Part shown: piece by piece, positions 1-8,043 of the stretch
How positions within the stretch are numbered: the stretch's first letter is position 1
Layout of the letters: each line of letters starts with the position of its first letter
Assembly (NCBI GenBank): GCA_025457885.1
Contig: JALOTN010000006.1
Location: 5,635 to 69,634 of the forward strand
Source of the DNA: Thermoplasmatota archaeon
Lineage (GTDB): Archaea > Thermoplasmatota > E2 > DHVEG-1
Reading direction: 5' to 3'
Length of the DNA: 64,000 nucleotides
Program-made: the position numbers and the translations under genes
Notes under the pieces: model-generated
Seen by the model: the letters and a program-made list of their open reading frames with translations, nothing else
Told to the model about the DNA's origin: nothing
Database searches by the model: none

Positions 1-66
1 AAAGATATAGTATATGATTGTCCATTCGTTCAAGAAGTTTACTCTTTGAAAAAAAGCTGCCAAGTA

Positions 67-110
67 TATCTTTTTTTAACATTGTATTTAACATCGTATC
101 TTTTTTTAAC
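67..110. repeat. 14-nt direct repeat TATCTTTTTTTAAC x2 (67-80 and 97-110) upstream of mfnA
   Basis: Read directly. Two identical copies lie 30 nt apart, 22-65 nt upstream of ATG 132. They are A/T-rich and could be TATA/BRE-like elements or a regulator site. Confidence 0.5.
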
Positions 111-131
111 TACAAGCTCTTATCCCCTATA

Positions 132-1289
132 ATGACTTCTCTTGATACTCGCAAGAAACAAAAAATATTCAAAGAATTGACTACCCTACAGCAGCGTGAT
201 TTTACTTTTTCCAGCGGTCGTATCCTTGGTTCTATGTGCACGGTTCCCCATCCTATCGCTCGAGAGATATACCAGCAATTCCTTGAGACCAACCTAGGGG
301 ACCCTGAGCTTTGCCCTGGGACAAAAGAAATCGAAAAACGATACATCGCTTTCATCTCCAAGTTGCTCCATGCACCAGCCTCATCAGCAGGGCAGATAGT
401 GAGTGGAGGCACTGAAGGGAACATAACCGCGATGTGGATCGCAAAACAACTCAGCGGAAAAAAAGAAATCCTTCTCCCAACCAGTGCTCATTTCTCGTTC
501 CAGAAGATAGCATCGTTAATGGACATGAGACTCACTGAGGTCCCTGTCACAAAAGAATATGTCATGGATATCAATGCTTTGAAAAAAAAGATACGGAAAA
601 CCCCAGCAGCAGTTGTTGGTCTTGCAGGATCAACCGAGCTAGGAACAATTGATCCTCTCCCTGAGATTAGTGATCTTTGTTCGGAGGAACATGTTTTCTT
701 CCATGTGGATGCGGCGTTCGGTGGTTTTGTCATCCCTTTCCTTAAAACCCTTCATTATAAGGTTCCAGCGTTTGATTTTTCTCTAAAAGGAGTCAGTTCT
801 GTATCGATAGACTCTCATAAGATGGGGTACGCTGCGATTCCCCTTGGAACAATTGTGATTCGCAGGAAACAATGGCTCAGTACCATCAGTGTGGATTCTC
901 CCTATATCAGCAGCGAAAAACAAACGGGGATTCTTGGGACTCGTTCTGGTGCACCGGTTGCTGCCGCCTACGCCATTGCGCAGTACCTTGGCTTTGCTGG
1001 CTATACACAGATGGTTCGTTCCTGCATGGATGTTACACGGTATGCCCAGAAACGGATCGAAGAGATTGGTCTAAACCTTGTAGTTTCCCCAACCATGAAT
1101 GTGCTTGGGGTCAAACTCAAACGACCAGGGGTCATCGTCAAAAAACTCTCTGAACGAGGCTGGCGGGTCAATAAGGTGGAGCGATTGTCGTGTATCCGTA
1201 TTGTTATGATGCCGCAAATCACAAAACAGATTATTGATGAGTTCATTCCAGTGTTGAAAAAAACTTGTGACGAGGTTGGTGAACTATGA
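132..1289 (+). CDS. mfnA: PLP-dependent L-tyrosine/L-aspartate decarboxylase (MfnA family)
   Basis: ORF 18..1289. Group II decarboxylase pattern with PLP-lysine context SIDSHKMGY. ATG at 132 (MTSLDTRKK) is preferred over the TTG at 18. The stop overlaps the next start (ATGA at 1286-1289). Confidence 0.85.
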   Translation: MTSLDTRKKQKIFKELTTLQQRDFTFSSGRILGSMCTVPHPIAREIYQQFLETNLGDPELCPGTKEIEKRYIAFISKLLHAPASSAGQIVSGGTEGNITAMWIAKQLSGKKEILLPTSAHFSFQKIASLMDMRLTEVPVTKEYVMDINALKKKIRKTPAAVVGLAGSTELGTIDPLPEISDLCSEEHVFFHVDAAFGGFVIPFLKTLHYKVPAFDFSLKGVSSVSIDSHKMGYAAIPLGTIVIRRKQWLSTISVDSPYISSEKQTGILGTRSGAPVAAAYAIAQYLGFAGYTQMVRSCMDVTRYAQKRIEEIGLNLVVSPTMNVLGVKLKRPGVIVKKLSERGWRVNKVERLSCIRIVMMPQITKQIIDEFIPVLKKTCDEVGEL

Positions 1290-1849
1290 GTCTGAAGCAT
1301 TTAGAAAAATCATTGTATGAAGCCCCCATCGTGAAAAAAGGTGAATATGATTATGTTATTCATCCTATCACTGATGGAGTCCCGTTTATCACCCCTGAGT
1401 TGCTTCGAGAGGTGACGGATGCGATGAAAAAACATATCAAGAAATGCGGGAAGTTTGATCGTATCGTCACTATGGAAGCGATGGGTATTCCTCTTGCCTC
1501 TGCCTTATCCCTTGATTTGGGGATCCCTTTTACAATCATCCGGAAACGACAATACGGATTGCCTGGTGAGGTGTCTGTAGAACAGGTGACTGGGTATTCT
1601 AAATCAAAGATGTATGTCAACGGATTGAAAAAAGGAGACACCGTTATTTTAGTAGATGATGTGCTCAGCACCGGTGGGACCTTAAAAGCAGTCCTGTATG
1701 TTCTTAAAGAGATCGGAGTCAATGTCAAAGGTGTGTTCATCGCAGTCTACAAAGGAACCTGCAAAGAACAAATAATGAAAGAATATACTATTCCAATAAC
1801 GACGATAGTGGATATCGATGTGGTTGAAGGAAAAGTACAAATAAAATAA
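1286..1849 (+). CDS. hpt: Purine (hypoxanthine/guanine-type) phosphoribosyltransferase, archaeal Hpt-like
   Basis: PRPP-binding motif VILVDDVLSTGGTL. Length about 187 aa. Translationally coupled to mfnA. Confidence 0.75.
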   Translation: MSLKHLEKSLYEAPIVKKGEYDYVIHPITDGVPFITPELLREVTDAMKKHIKKCGKFDRIVTMEAMGIPLASALSLDLGIPFTIIRKRQYGLPGEVSVEQVTGYSKSKMYVNGLKKGDTVILVDDVLSTGGTLKAVLYVLKEIGVNVKGVFIAVYKGTCKEQIMKEYTIPITTIVDIDVVEGKVQIK

Positions 1850-1892
1850 TTTTTTCAATCTGTTCTGATGTTAGTTAAGAGCTACCGAATGA

Positions 1893-2255
1893 TTAGATTA
1901 TCTTACTGTTATTTATCTTTCCGTTAATGAATTCTTGTAACCATATCCAAAGTTTATCCAAGGTTCTTCTTATGAAATTAGATAAAGGATTGTTCCCTCC
2001 TATGGTTGCAACCAAGTAATACAAAAATAAAATTCGGTAAACCGACGCATTATGACTCAAGTTAAGGATCCCTGAATTGTTCACGAAAGCATCGACTGTT
2101 GATTGTATTAACAGCATCTGTGAGGGAAGATAGTTTCTGTCATTTCGTTCGCACATTTTTCGAGCAATAAAATCTTGGATAACCCCTGCTTCGCAAACCA
2201 ATGTTCCCATACATAACAAAGAACAGACGATTACAAATAGCATGCTTTTCTTCAT
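1893..2255 (-). CDS. Small secreted hypothetical protein
   Basis: ORF with an N-terminal signal-like segment MKKSMLFVIVCSLLCMGTLVCEA. Last gene of a three-gene minus-strand cluster. No recognisable family. Confidence 0.5.
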   Translation of the reverse strand: MKKSMLFVIVCSLLCMGTLVCEAGVIQDFIARKMCERNDRNYLPSQMLLIQSTVDAFVNNSGILNLSHNASVYRILFLYYLVATIGGNNPLSNFIRRTLDKLWIWLQEFINGKINNSKII

Positions 2256-2257
2256 GT

Positions 2258-2923
2258 TCAGTACCTCCAGATAACAGCACCTAATGTATCCCAGAAATCT
2301 GTAATGAATCTATCCATAAAACTCATAGGAAACGTAAAGAGTAATATGGCGATAAGAACCAATGCAATAATAGGTAAGACGATCATCCCAATCAGAACAC
2401 CAAGAATACCAAATTGATATATCAGGGTTCTGAAATTCAAAAGTTGATAATCAGAAAAATAAACAAATAACTCTTGAAGAATTACGACCGAGGCGGCAAA
2501 GGAACAAAAAACCATGAGTGCGGGTATTACAATGATAGACGTCAATGCTATCGTCATAAGAATTGTCACCTGATTATGACCGAATAATAGAGCCAGTAAC
2601 ATGTATGTATATTCAATGAGATACACCAAAGACACCCAGATCATAGTAGGTGAATGAGTGCCATTATACCGATATACCATCGCTTCGACAGTTTCATGAA
2701 GTGATTGTAACGTAGAATTCGAAAAATATTTTTCAAGATTTGATTTTGCTCTTAGAAATACTTTCGATTGCACAACCTTTACAATAGTATCCAATGTTCT
2801 GTCCCTTTGTTGAATAATTTGTTGAATTGGTTTAGCGTTTGAATAGGACACAAGTGTCGTTGCAGAGAGAAAAACAACCAGTACCATCATCAGCCTTATT
2901 TTAGATCCTTTTCTTTTTTTCAA
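2258..2923 (-). CDS. Hypothetical membrane protein (N-terminal anchor plus about 4 TM helices)
   Basis: ORF with several long hydrophobic segments, ending 2 nt upstream of the next gene. No recognisable family. Confidence 0.55.
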   Translation of the reverse strand: MKKRKGSKIRLMMVLVVFLSATTLVSYSNAKPIQQIIQQRDRTLDTIVKVVQSKVFLRAKSNLEKYFSNSTLQSLHETVEAMVYRYNGTHSPTMIWVSLVYLIEYTYMLLALLFGHNQVTILMTIALTSIIVIPALMVFCSFAASVVILQELFVYFSDYQLLNFRTLIYQFGILGVLIGMIVLPIIALVLIAILLFTFPMSFMDRFITDFWDTLGAVIWRY

Positions 2924-3131
2924 CCTTTTTTCCTCCCTTGGAACATATTGTATGATGGATGATGAAAAAAAACACGAGACTTAATGTGATGTAGAGGAGT
3001 TTTTCTTGCAAAAGAGTCTGGATGTGAATTATTGGTTTTACGGTCACCGTTAAGGCGAAAACTACCAAAAAAGCATTGGTGCCGAAAATCCTAATTCCTG
3101 TGGTAAAAGAGCTCGTGTTCTTTTTCATCAT
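2901..3131 (-). CDS. Small hypothetical membrane protein (2 TM, Lys-rich tail)
   Basis: ORF of 76 aa with two hydrophobic helices. It overlaps the start of the downstream ORF. Confidence 0.4.
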   Translation of the reverse strand: MMKKNTSSFTTGIRIFGTNAFLVVFALTVTVKPIIHIQTLLQEKLLYITLSLVFFFIIHHTICSKGGKKVEKKKRI

Positions 3132-3294
3132 TCTACTCCCAGACTTAGTAGATTTTCCAGGGGTGTAATTTTATTTTCATCTATAAATATTTTATAGTGC
3201 AATCATCCAATCTTCATGTGTTTTTTATGTACTAATCCTTTTTTTTCATACAATAAACTATTTCAGCCCCTGCACTATTGCACAGTTGAGAACC

Positions 3295-3501
3295 ATGACT
3301 GAGAAAATCCCACAACACATGCATTGTCAAATCTGTGGAAAAGCCATCCAAGCATCAGACTCAGAAACCCTCTGCTCTGAGGAATGTAAACAACGATACC
3401 AGAGTATGACGAAAAAACGCAAACTTTGGGTCTACATCATGTATGCCCTCATCTTTGTCATGATCGCCGTTTTATTCTTTTCCTCATATATTGGATATTA
3501 A
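3295..3501 (+). CDS. Zn-ribbon protein with C-terminal TM helix (DUF2116-like)
   Basis: CQICGK...CSEECK cysteine pairs followed by the hydrophobic helix VYIMYALIFVMIAVLFF. ATG at 3295 lies within ORF 3286..3501. Confidence 0.6.
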   Translation: MTEKIPQHMHCQICGKAIQASDSETLCSEECKQRYQSMTKKRKLWVYIMYALIFVMIAVLFFSSYIGY

Positions 3502-3544
3502 CCAAGAAGAATGATGAAAGAAAAATAAGGAGAAGACTATTCGG

Positions 3545-3739
3545 TTATTCTGCGAGTTCTTCCTGAAGATCGATGACCATTTCTGTGAGGACATCTTCGA
3601 ATATCTGATGACGGTATTCTTTGACAGAGCCGTTGGCAAGGTGCGCTCGTGCAACAAAATCTCGGCCGTCTTTCAGGATTTCAATGTGGCAGACTGTTTC
3701 CATGCTTGTCCCGTCCTGTTTCACTCCCGTATTCATCAA
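3545..3739 (-). CDS. Small hypothetical protein
   Basis: ORF of 64 aa, soluble and acidic at the C-terminus. No family recognised. Confidence 0.4.
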   Translation of the reverse strand: MMNTGVKQDGTSMETVCHIEILKDGRDFVARAHLANGSVKEYRHQIFEDVLTEMVIDLQEELAE

Positions 3740-3890
3740 TGATATTTATAATTTTTGTGCGATTGACCAACGATAAGTAAAACATCGCACTACATATCAT
3801 CGGTTCCCATATTTGGCTCACCCGAAGTAATGGTTCTCAGGTGGACGTGTTTGTTTGTTCTGTGTGTTTTCCAATCATAAGCTCTTGAGG

Positions 3891-3914
3891 TTTAAATATA
3901 AAACATATTTATAG
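3891..3914 (+). promoter_or_regulatory. TATA-box-like A/T element upstream of the 3934 gene
   Basis: tttaaatataaaacatatttatag sits 20-43 nt upstream of ATG 3934. Assigned by archaeal TATA/BRE expectation only. Confidence 0.35.
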
Positions 3915-3933
3915 AAGAACATTGATGTAAAAT

Positions 3934-5238
3934 ATGAATGCAGGGGGAAATCAAATGAAAAATAGGTTTGGTAAACGTAATCGACTAGAGGCGGCACTCA
4001 TCGTGACTATTTTGATAATACCTATGGCGACGACTGCGTTTGCCTCTTCCCCGCAGATGTTACCATTTAATTCACCAACAAAATCAGTTGCTTATTTCGG
4101 TGATGAAATTGAATTAAAATATTATGATGAAGAAAATCTTGATCAATTAATTGGTATTTCAGGAGATGAGCCACCCTATACCTGGAAATCCGCTATTCGA
4201 TTAACTCATGATGAAATGGAACCATATGCTGATTGGACAATGACAAAAGTCAATGTCGCTTTCTGTGCTGACAATGGACAATCAGAGATTGACGTTCAGA
4301 TTTTCATTTACGATAAGGGGACATCAACACTCCCTGGTCCCATCATTGTTGAGGACACCACCGCTTGTTTGAATACAACGGGTATCACTGCTATCCCATT
4401 GGTCACCCCGGTCGATCTTGCGGGTCATGATGAACTCTGGGTTGCTGTTCAATGGACTCAAACTGCTCCTGGGCCTGGAGTGTATTACGCATGGTTAGAC
4501 ACGTTATCTGGTCCGCATGTTCCCAATAAAAGTGATTTTATCTTTTATAATAACGCTTGGAATCAGTTGCATATTTTGGTTCCATCCGCTGATGGCCGCT
4601 GGGGGTTAGGGGCGATCATCGAAGGCAGTCTCCCCGAACCACCAAATACACCAGTTGTATCAGGGCCAACCAATGGCGAGGTCGGTAGTCACTACTCCTT
4701 TACTCTTAATTCAACCGATCCGGAGGATGATGATATCTATTATCTTGTCGATTGGGGTGATGGTACTTCTGAAGACTGGATGGGACCTTATGACTCAGGT
4801 GAGACTGTCACTGTATCTCATTCGTGGAGCGAAAGAGGAACATATGTATTACAGGCGAAAGCAAAAGACGACCATGGTATGGAAAGTACTTGGTCCGATC
4901 CGTTTTATATAACGATCAGAGGACCGATTCTGATGCTTGGTAATATCACTGGAGGGATTGGTCAGATCTCTGTCGATATTGATAACATCGGTGATGCGAC
5001 TGCAATGAACGTCATTTGGACCATTCAAATCACCGGTGGTTTACTCCATCGAACAATCGTGGATATGTCTGAGACAATCTCGGAGATGGCACCTGCCACT
5101 TCGATAAAGGCAAAAGTACGACCGATTGGTTTTGGGTGGATTACGATTACCGTGACAGTTCATGCTCAATATACTCAGGGGATTCAGAAAACAGATGAAG
5201 GTATTCTTCTGTTTTTCATCACTTCCTTCCCTCCTTAA
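3934..5238 (+). CDS. Secreted PKD-module protein with C-terminal CARDB-like module
   Basis: Signal/anchor LIVTILIIPMATTAFA. PKD-like motif YYLVDWGDGTSEDWMGPY...HSWSERGTYVLQAKAKDDHGMESTWS. The C-terminal about 105 aa is homologous to the C-terminus of the M28 peptidase at 50184. Confidence 0.7.
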   Translation: MNAGGNQMKNRFGKRNRLEAALIVTILIIPMATTAFASSPQMLPFNSPTKSVAYFGDEIELKYYDEENLDQLIGISGDEPPYTWKSAIRLTHDEMEPYADWTMTKVNVAFCADNGQSEIDVQIFIYDKGTSTLPGPIIVEDTTACLNTTGITAIPLVTPVDLAGHDELWVAVQWTQTAPGPGVYYAWLDTLSGPHVPNKSDFIFYNNAWNQLHILVPSADGRWGLGAIIEGSLPEPPNTPVVSGPTNGEVGSHYSFTLNSTDPEDDDIYYLVDWGDGTSEDWMGPYDSGETVTVSHSWSERGTYVLQAKAKDDHGMESTWSDPFYITIRGPILMLGNITGGIGQISVDIDNIGDATAMNVIWTIQITGGLLHRTIVDMSETISEMAPATSIKAKVRPIGFGWITITVTVHAQYTQGIQKTDEGILLFFITSFPP

Positions 5239-5255
5239 ATGAAGAAAGTTAGGTC

Positions 5256-5266
5256 TTTTTTTTTTT
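5256..5266 (+). terminator. T11 tract after the 3934..5238 gene
   Basis: Oligo(T) run 18 nt after the stop codon. Archaeal terminators are oligo-T tracts. Confidence 0.5.
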
Positions 5267-5393
5267 GGCCCTGAAATATACATATGGTTAGTTTTTCCGG
5301 TCTATAAGGAAGCTTTTTTTGGATTGAATTAAATATATTTTGTGCGCAAGGTATATGTGCCTTAGCATCATATCAAGATTGGGACGAGGGAGT

Positions 5394-6275
5394 ATGAAAA
5401 CAATAAGGAATGCGGTCGTCGCAGGCCAGTTTTACCCCGGGTCAGAAAAACATCTCCGGCAACAGATTGAGGAATGTTTTCTTAGCACAAGAGGCTATGG
5501 GAGACTTCCGCAAGTTAATAACAAACAAGGAACCCTGAAAGGCTTAATCGTCCCCCATGCAGGATTCATCTATTCCGGGGCGATCGCCTCACATGCCTAC
5601 GGCAGGCTTGCAGAGGAGGGATTCGCGGACACATTCATCATCCTTGGGCCGAACCATACTGGTATGGGATCTGGTGTTTCCGTGATGACCACGGGAGCCT
5701 GGAAGACGCCCCTGGGGGTTGTTCGAATCGACGAAGAACTCGCCGGGTCCATTGCAACCGGTATCATAGATTCTGATGTCTCTGCTCATACCTACGAGCA
5801 TAGCATTGAAGTACAACTCCCGTTCCTCCAATACCTCTCTTCAGAGAGACCCTTTGAGTTTGTCCCCATTTGTATGATGATGCAGGATTACGACACCGTC
5901 CTTGATGTCGGTGGCATCATTGCTGACGCAATACATCGTTCAAAAAAACAGATCATTATCATCGCCAGTAGTGATTTTTCCCATGCTGGGTTCAATTACC
6001 AAAGTACACCACCTCAAGGGATACGAGTTGATGAATATGCGACCCAACAAGATAACCTTGCCATACAACAGATCCTAACCATGAACCCACAACAATTAAT
6101 CGATACCGTTGAACAGCATAATATCACGATGTGTGGATCAGGGCCGGTCGCATCCCTGCTTCTTGCTGCAAAAAAACTCAAAGCAACCAAAGCGGAACTC
6201 TTAAAATACGGGACGTCCTATGAGGTACACCCGGATTCCTCCTGTGTCGGTTACGGAGCGATCGCGGTATCCTAG
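5394..6275 (+). CDS. MEMO1 / AmmeMemoRadiSam system protein B family
   Basis: N-terminus MKTIRNAVVAGQFYPG, with VPHAGFIYSG and SSDFSHAG motifs typical of the MEMO1 family. ATG at 5394 lies within ORF 5340..6275. Confidence 0.8.
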   Translation: MKTIRNAVVAGQFYPGSEKHLRQQIEECFLSTRGYGRLPQVNNKQGTLKGLIVPHAGFIYSGAIASHAYGRLAEEGFADTFIILGPNHTGMGSGVSVMTTGAWKTPLGVVRIDEELAGSIATGIIDSDVSAHTYEHSIEVQLPFLQYLSSERPFEFVPICMMMQDYDTVLDVGGIIADAIHRSKKQIIIIASSDFSHAGFNYQSTPPQGIRVDEYATQQDNLAIQQILTMNPQQLIDTVEQHNITMCGSGPVASLLLAAKKLKATKAELLKYGTSYEVHPDSSCVGYGAIAVS

Positions 6276-6285
6276 GTGACCAATC

Positions 6286-7239
6286 ATGAAGAGACAACCT
6301 GTACGAGACATCCAGCTTCAAAAAAATTTGACTACCAACCAGTTGATAAAAGAGCTATATGATGCGGGAGGTTTTTCAGCAAAGAAACTCGCGGAGGGCG
6401 TCGATATCCTCACCCGGATGATCCAGGAAAAGGATTGTGTGACGTTCCTGTCCTTTCCCGCGTGTATCATCTCCACCGGGACTCGAGGTGTCATCAAGGA
6501 ACTCGTGAAACGAAAACTCGTCGATGTCATCATCACCACCACGGGTACCCTTGATCATGATCTCGCACGTGTCTGGAAGGACTATTACCATGGCTCCTTC
6601 ATGGCCGATGATGCCCAGCTACATCAGCAGGGGATCAACCGCCTGGGGAACATCTTCATTCCCCTGGAATGCTACGGGACCATCCTTGAGAAGAAGATCC
6701 AACCCATCCTTGCTGAGCTGTATTTGAAACAACAGAAATGGTCCACGAAGGATCTCATCTGGGAGTTTGGGAAACGTCTTGAAAAAGAAAAGAACGGTAA
6801 GGACTCAATTCTTTACTGGGCATGGAAAAACAAGATACCCATGCATGTCCCTGGCATCACCGATGGAGCGTTCGGCGCCCAGCTCTGGATGTATTACCAG
6901 GAGCATCGGAACTTCACCATAGATCTCTTCAAAGATGAGCAAGACCTCTCCGACATCGTGTTTGATGCAAAAAAAACTGGGGCTCTCGTCATCGGTGGAG
7001 GCATCTCAAAACATCATGTGATTTGGTGGAACCAGTTCTGCAACGGGCTTTCCCATGTGGTGTATCTGACAACCGCTGTCGAGTACGATGGCAGTCTGTC
7101 TGGTGCACAGACTCGTGAAGCGATCTCTTGGGGAAAAATCGCGGAGAAAGCAGATAATGTGACCATCGAAGGAGACGCAACTGTGCTGCTCCCATTGATG
7201 ATCAGCGCGTTACTTGAACGAATAAAGGGATACGACTAG
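6286..7239 (+). CDS. dys: Deoxyhypusine synthase
   Basis: Full-length match to the DHS pattern, including the GGGISKHH catalytic-lysine region. Length 317 aa. Confidence 0.9.
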   Translation: MKRQPVRDIQLQKNLTTNQLIKELYDAGGFSAKKLAEGVDILTRMIQEKDCVTFLSFPACIISTGTRGVIKELVKRKLVDVIITTTGTLDHDLARVWKDYYHGSFMADDAQLHQQGINRLGNIFIPLECYGTILEKKIQPILAELYLKQQKWSTKDLIWEFGKRLEKEKNGKDSILYWAWKNKIPMHVPGITDGAFGAQLWMYYQEHRNFTIDLFKDEQDLSDIVFDAKKTGALVIGGGISKHHVIWWNQFCNGLSHVVYLTTAVEYDGSLSGAQTREAISWGKIAEKADNVTIEGDATVLLPLMISALLERIKGYD

Positions 7240-7566
7240 CTAGGGGGTCATCCCTGGTCGTTTCTTCTCAAAAACCCGGTTCAGGATTTCTTTTTCATCC
7301 GTATCACGGATAAGCTCTTCTGGTTCTCTCTCCTGCATCGATGGTTTTTGCAATGAGTCCTGATGCTGATGCTTTCCTTTATGGAACGCACCATAAGCTT
7401 CGTTGATGAACTCGAGTTCTTCACGGGTCGGACACCAGGAAATCATGTTCTTATTGGTAAAAAAATTCGGTGAGTTCCGGTCAAACTGGATAGCGATCAT
7501 TAACTCCCCGGTGGTAACATCTTTTTCAAGCTGGAGAGAAACATAGATATTTTCTTGTTTTTTCAT
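7240..7566 (-). CDS. Hypothetical protein
   Basis: ORF 7240..7578, with ATG at 7566 (MKKQENIY) likely. No family recognised. Confidence 0.45.
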   Translation of the reverse strand: MKKQENIYVSLQLEKDVTTGELMIAIQFDRNSPNFFTNKNMISWCPTREELEFINEAYGAFHKGKHQHQDSLQKPSMQEREPEELIRDTDEKEILNRVFEKKRPGMTP

Positions 7567-7690
7567 ACAAGTTCCCATCCTTGTTGTACTGTCGATAACA
7601 CATAGAAGGTTTTATATTTTTTCTTTTTTGTTAGATACAAAATGTTTTTTTTCTAATAAAAAAAATATGAAAAAGAAGAATCACATCTGT

Positions 7691-7789
7691 TTAGTGCTTT
7701 ATTGTGACTTCTTTAATAAACTCATAATTTTTTAAGGAAGATTTTAGGTACTGCATGATGAGTTGTTTTTGATCCGCGCTTAAGGTCAT
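7691..7789 (-). CDS. Possible small ORF (32 aa) in AT-rich gap
   Basis: Manual translation MTLSADQKQLIMQYLKSSLKNYEFIKEVTIKH. Below the ORF-track threshold. It may be the shifted continuation of the ORF at 7800..7928. Confidence 0.2.
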   Translation of the reverse strand: MTLSADQKQLIMQYLKSSLKNYEFIKEVTIKH

Positions 7790-7799
7790 ATGGACACCA

Positions 7800-7928
7800 T
7801 CAGATGTTAAAATAATCAAGGATTTCGAAAAACTCTTTTTTTAGTATATATCCTTGGTCTGTTTTTTTTATCAAATCATGTTTCAGGCAGAATTCAATTA
7901 CCTCATCCTGTTCTTCACGTTCATACAT
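7800..7928 (-). CDS. Possible small ORF (42 aa), winged-helix-like fragment
   Basis: Manual translation MYEREEQDEVIEFCLKHDLIKKTDQGYILKKEFFEILDYFNI. Preceded by GGTGA 8 nt upstream of the ATG (SD-like). Confidence 0.3.
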   Translation of the reverse strand: MYEREEQDEVIEFCLKHDLIKKTDQGYILKKEFFEILDYFNI

Positions 7929-8043
7929 CTCTTGTTCACCTCACTTGGAATGGAGAGGATTCCATCTCTCTATAGTTTCTGTTGCCTCTGAAGATATTTA
8001 AACATAATCTGGTAGAATACCGGAATGATAATCAGCAGCAGGG

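Noticed and set aside
18-131. N-terminal extension of mfnA from the TTG at 18
   Set aside because: The extension (SIRSRSLLFEKKLPSISFFNIVFNIV...) is translated A/T-rich promoter sequence containing the 14-nt repeats. The ATG at 132 gives a family-typical N-terminus.
3502-3544. C/D box sRNA candidate (ATGATGA at 3511-3517)
   Set aside because: There is no CUGA D box at the 3' side, and the 43-nt gap between convergent genes is too short for a full C/D RNA.
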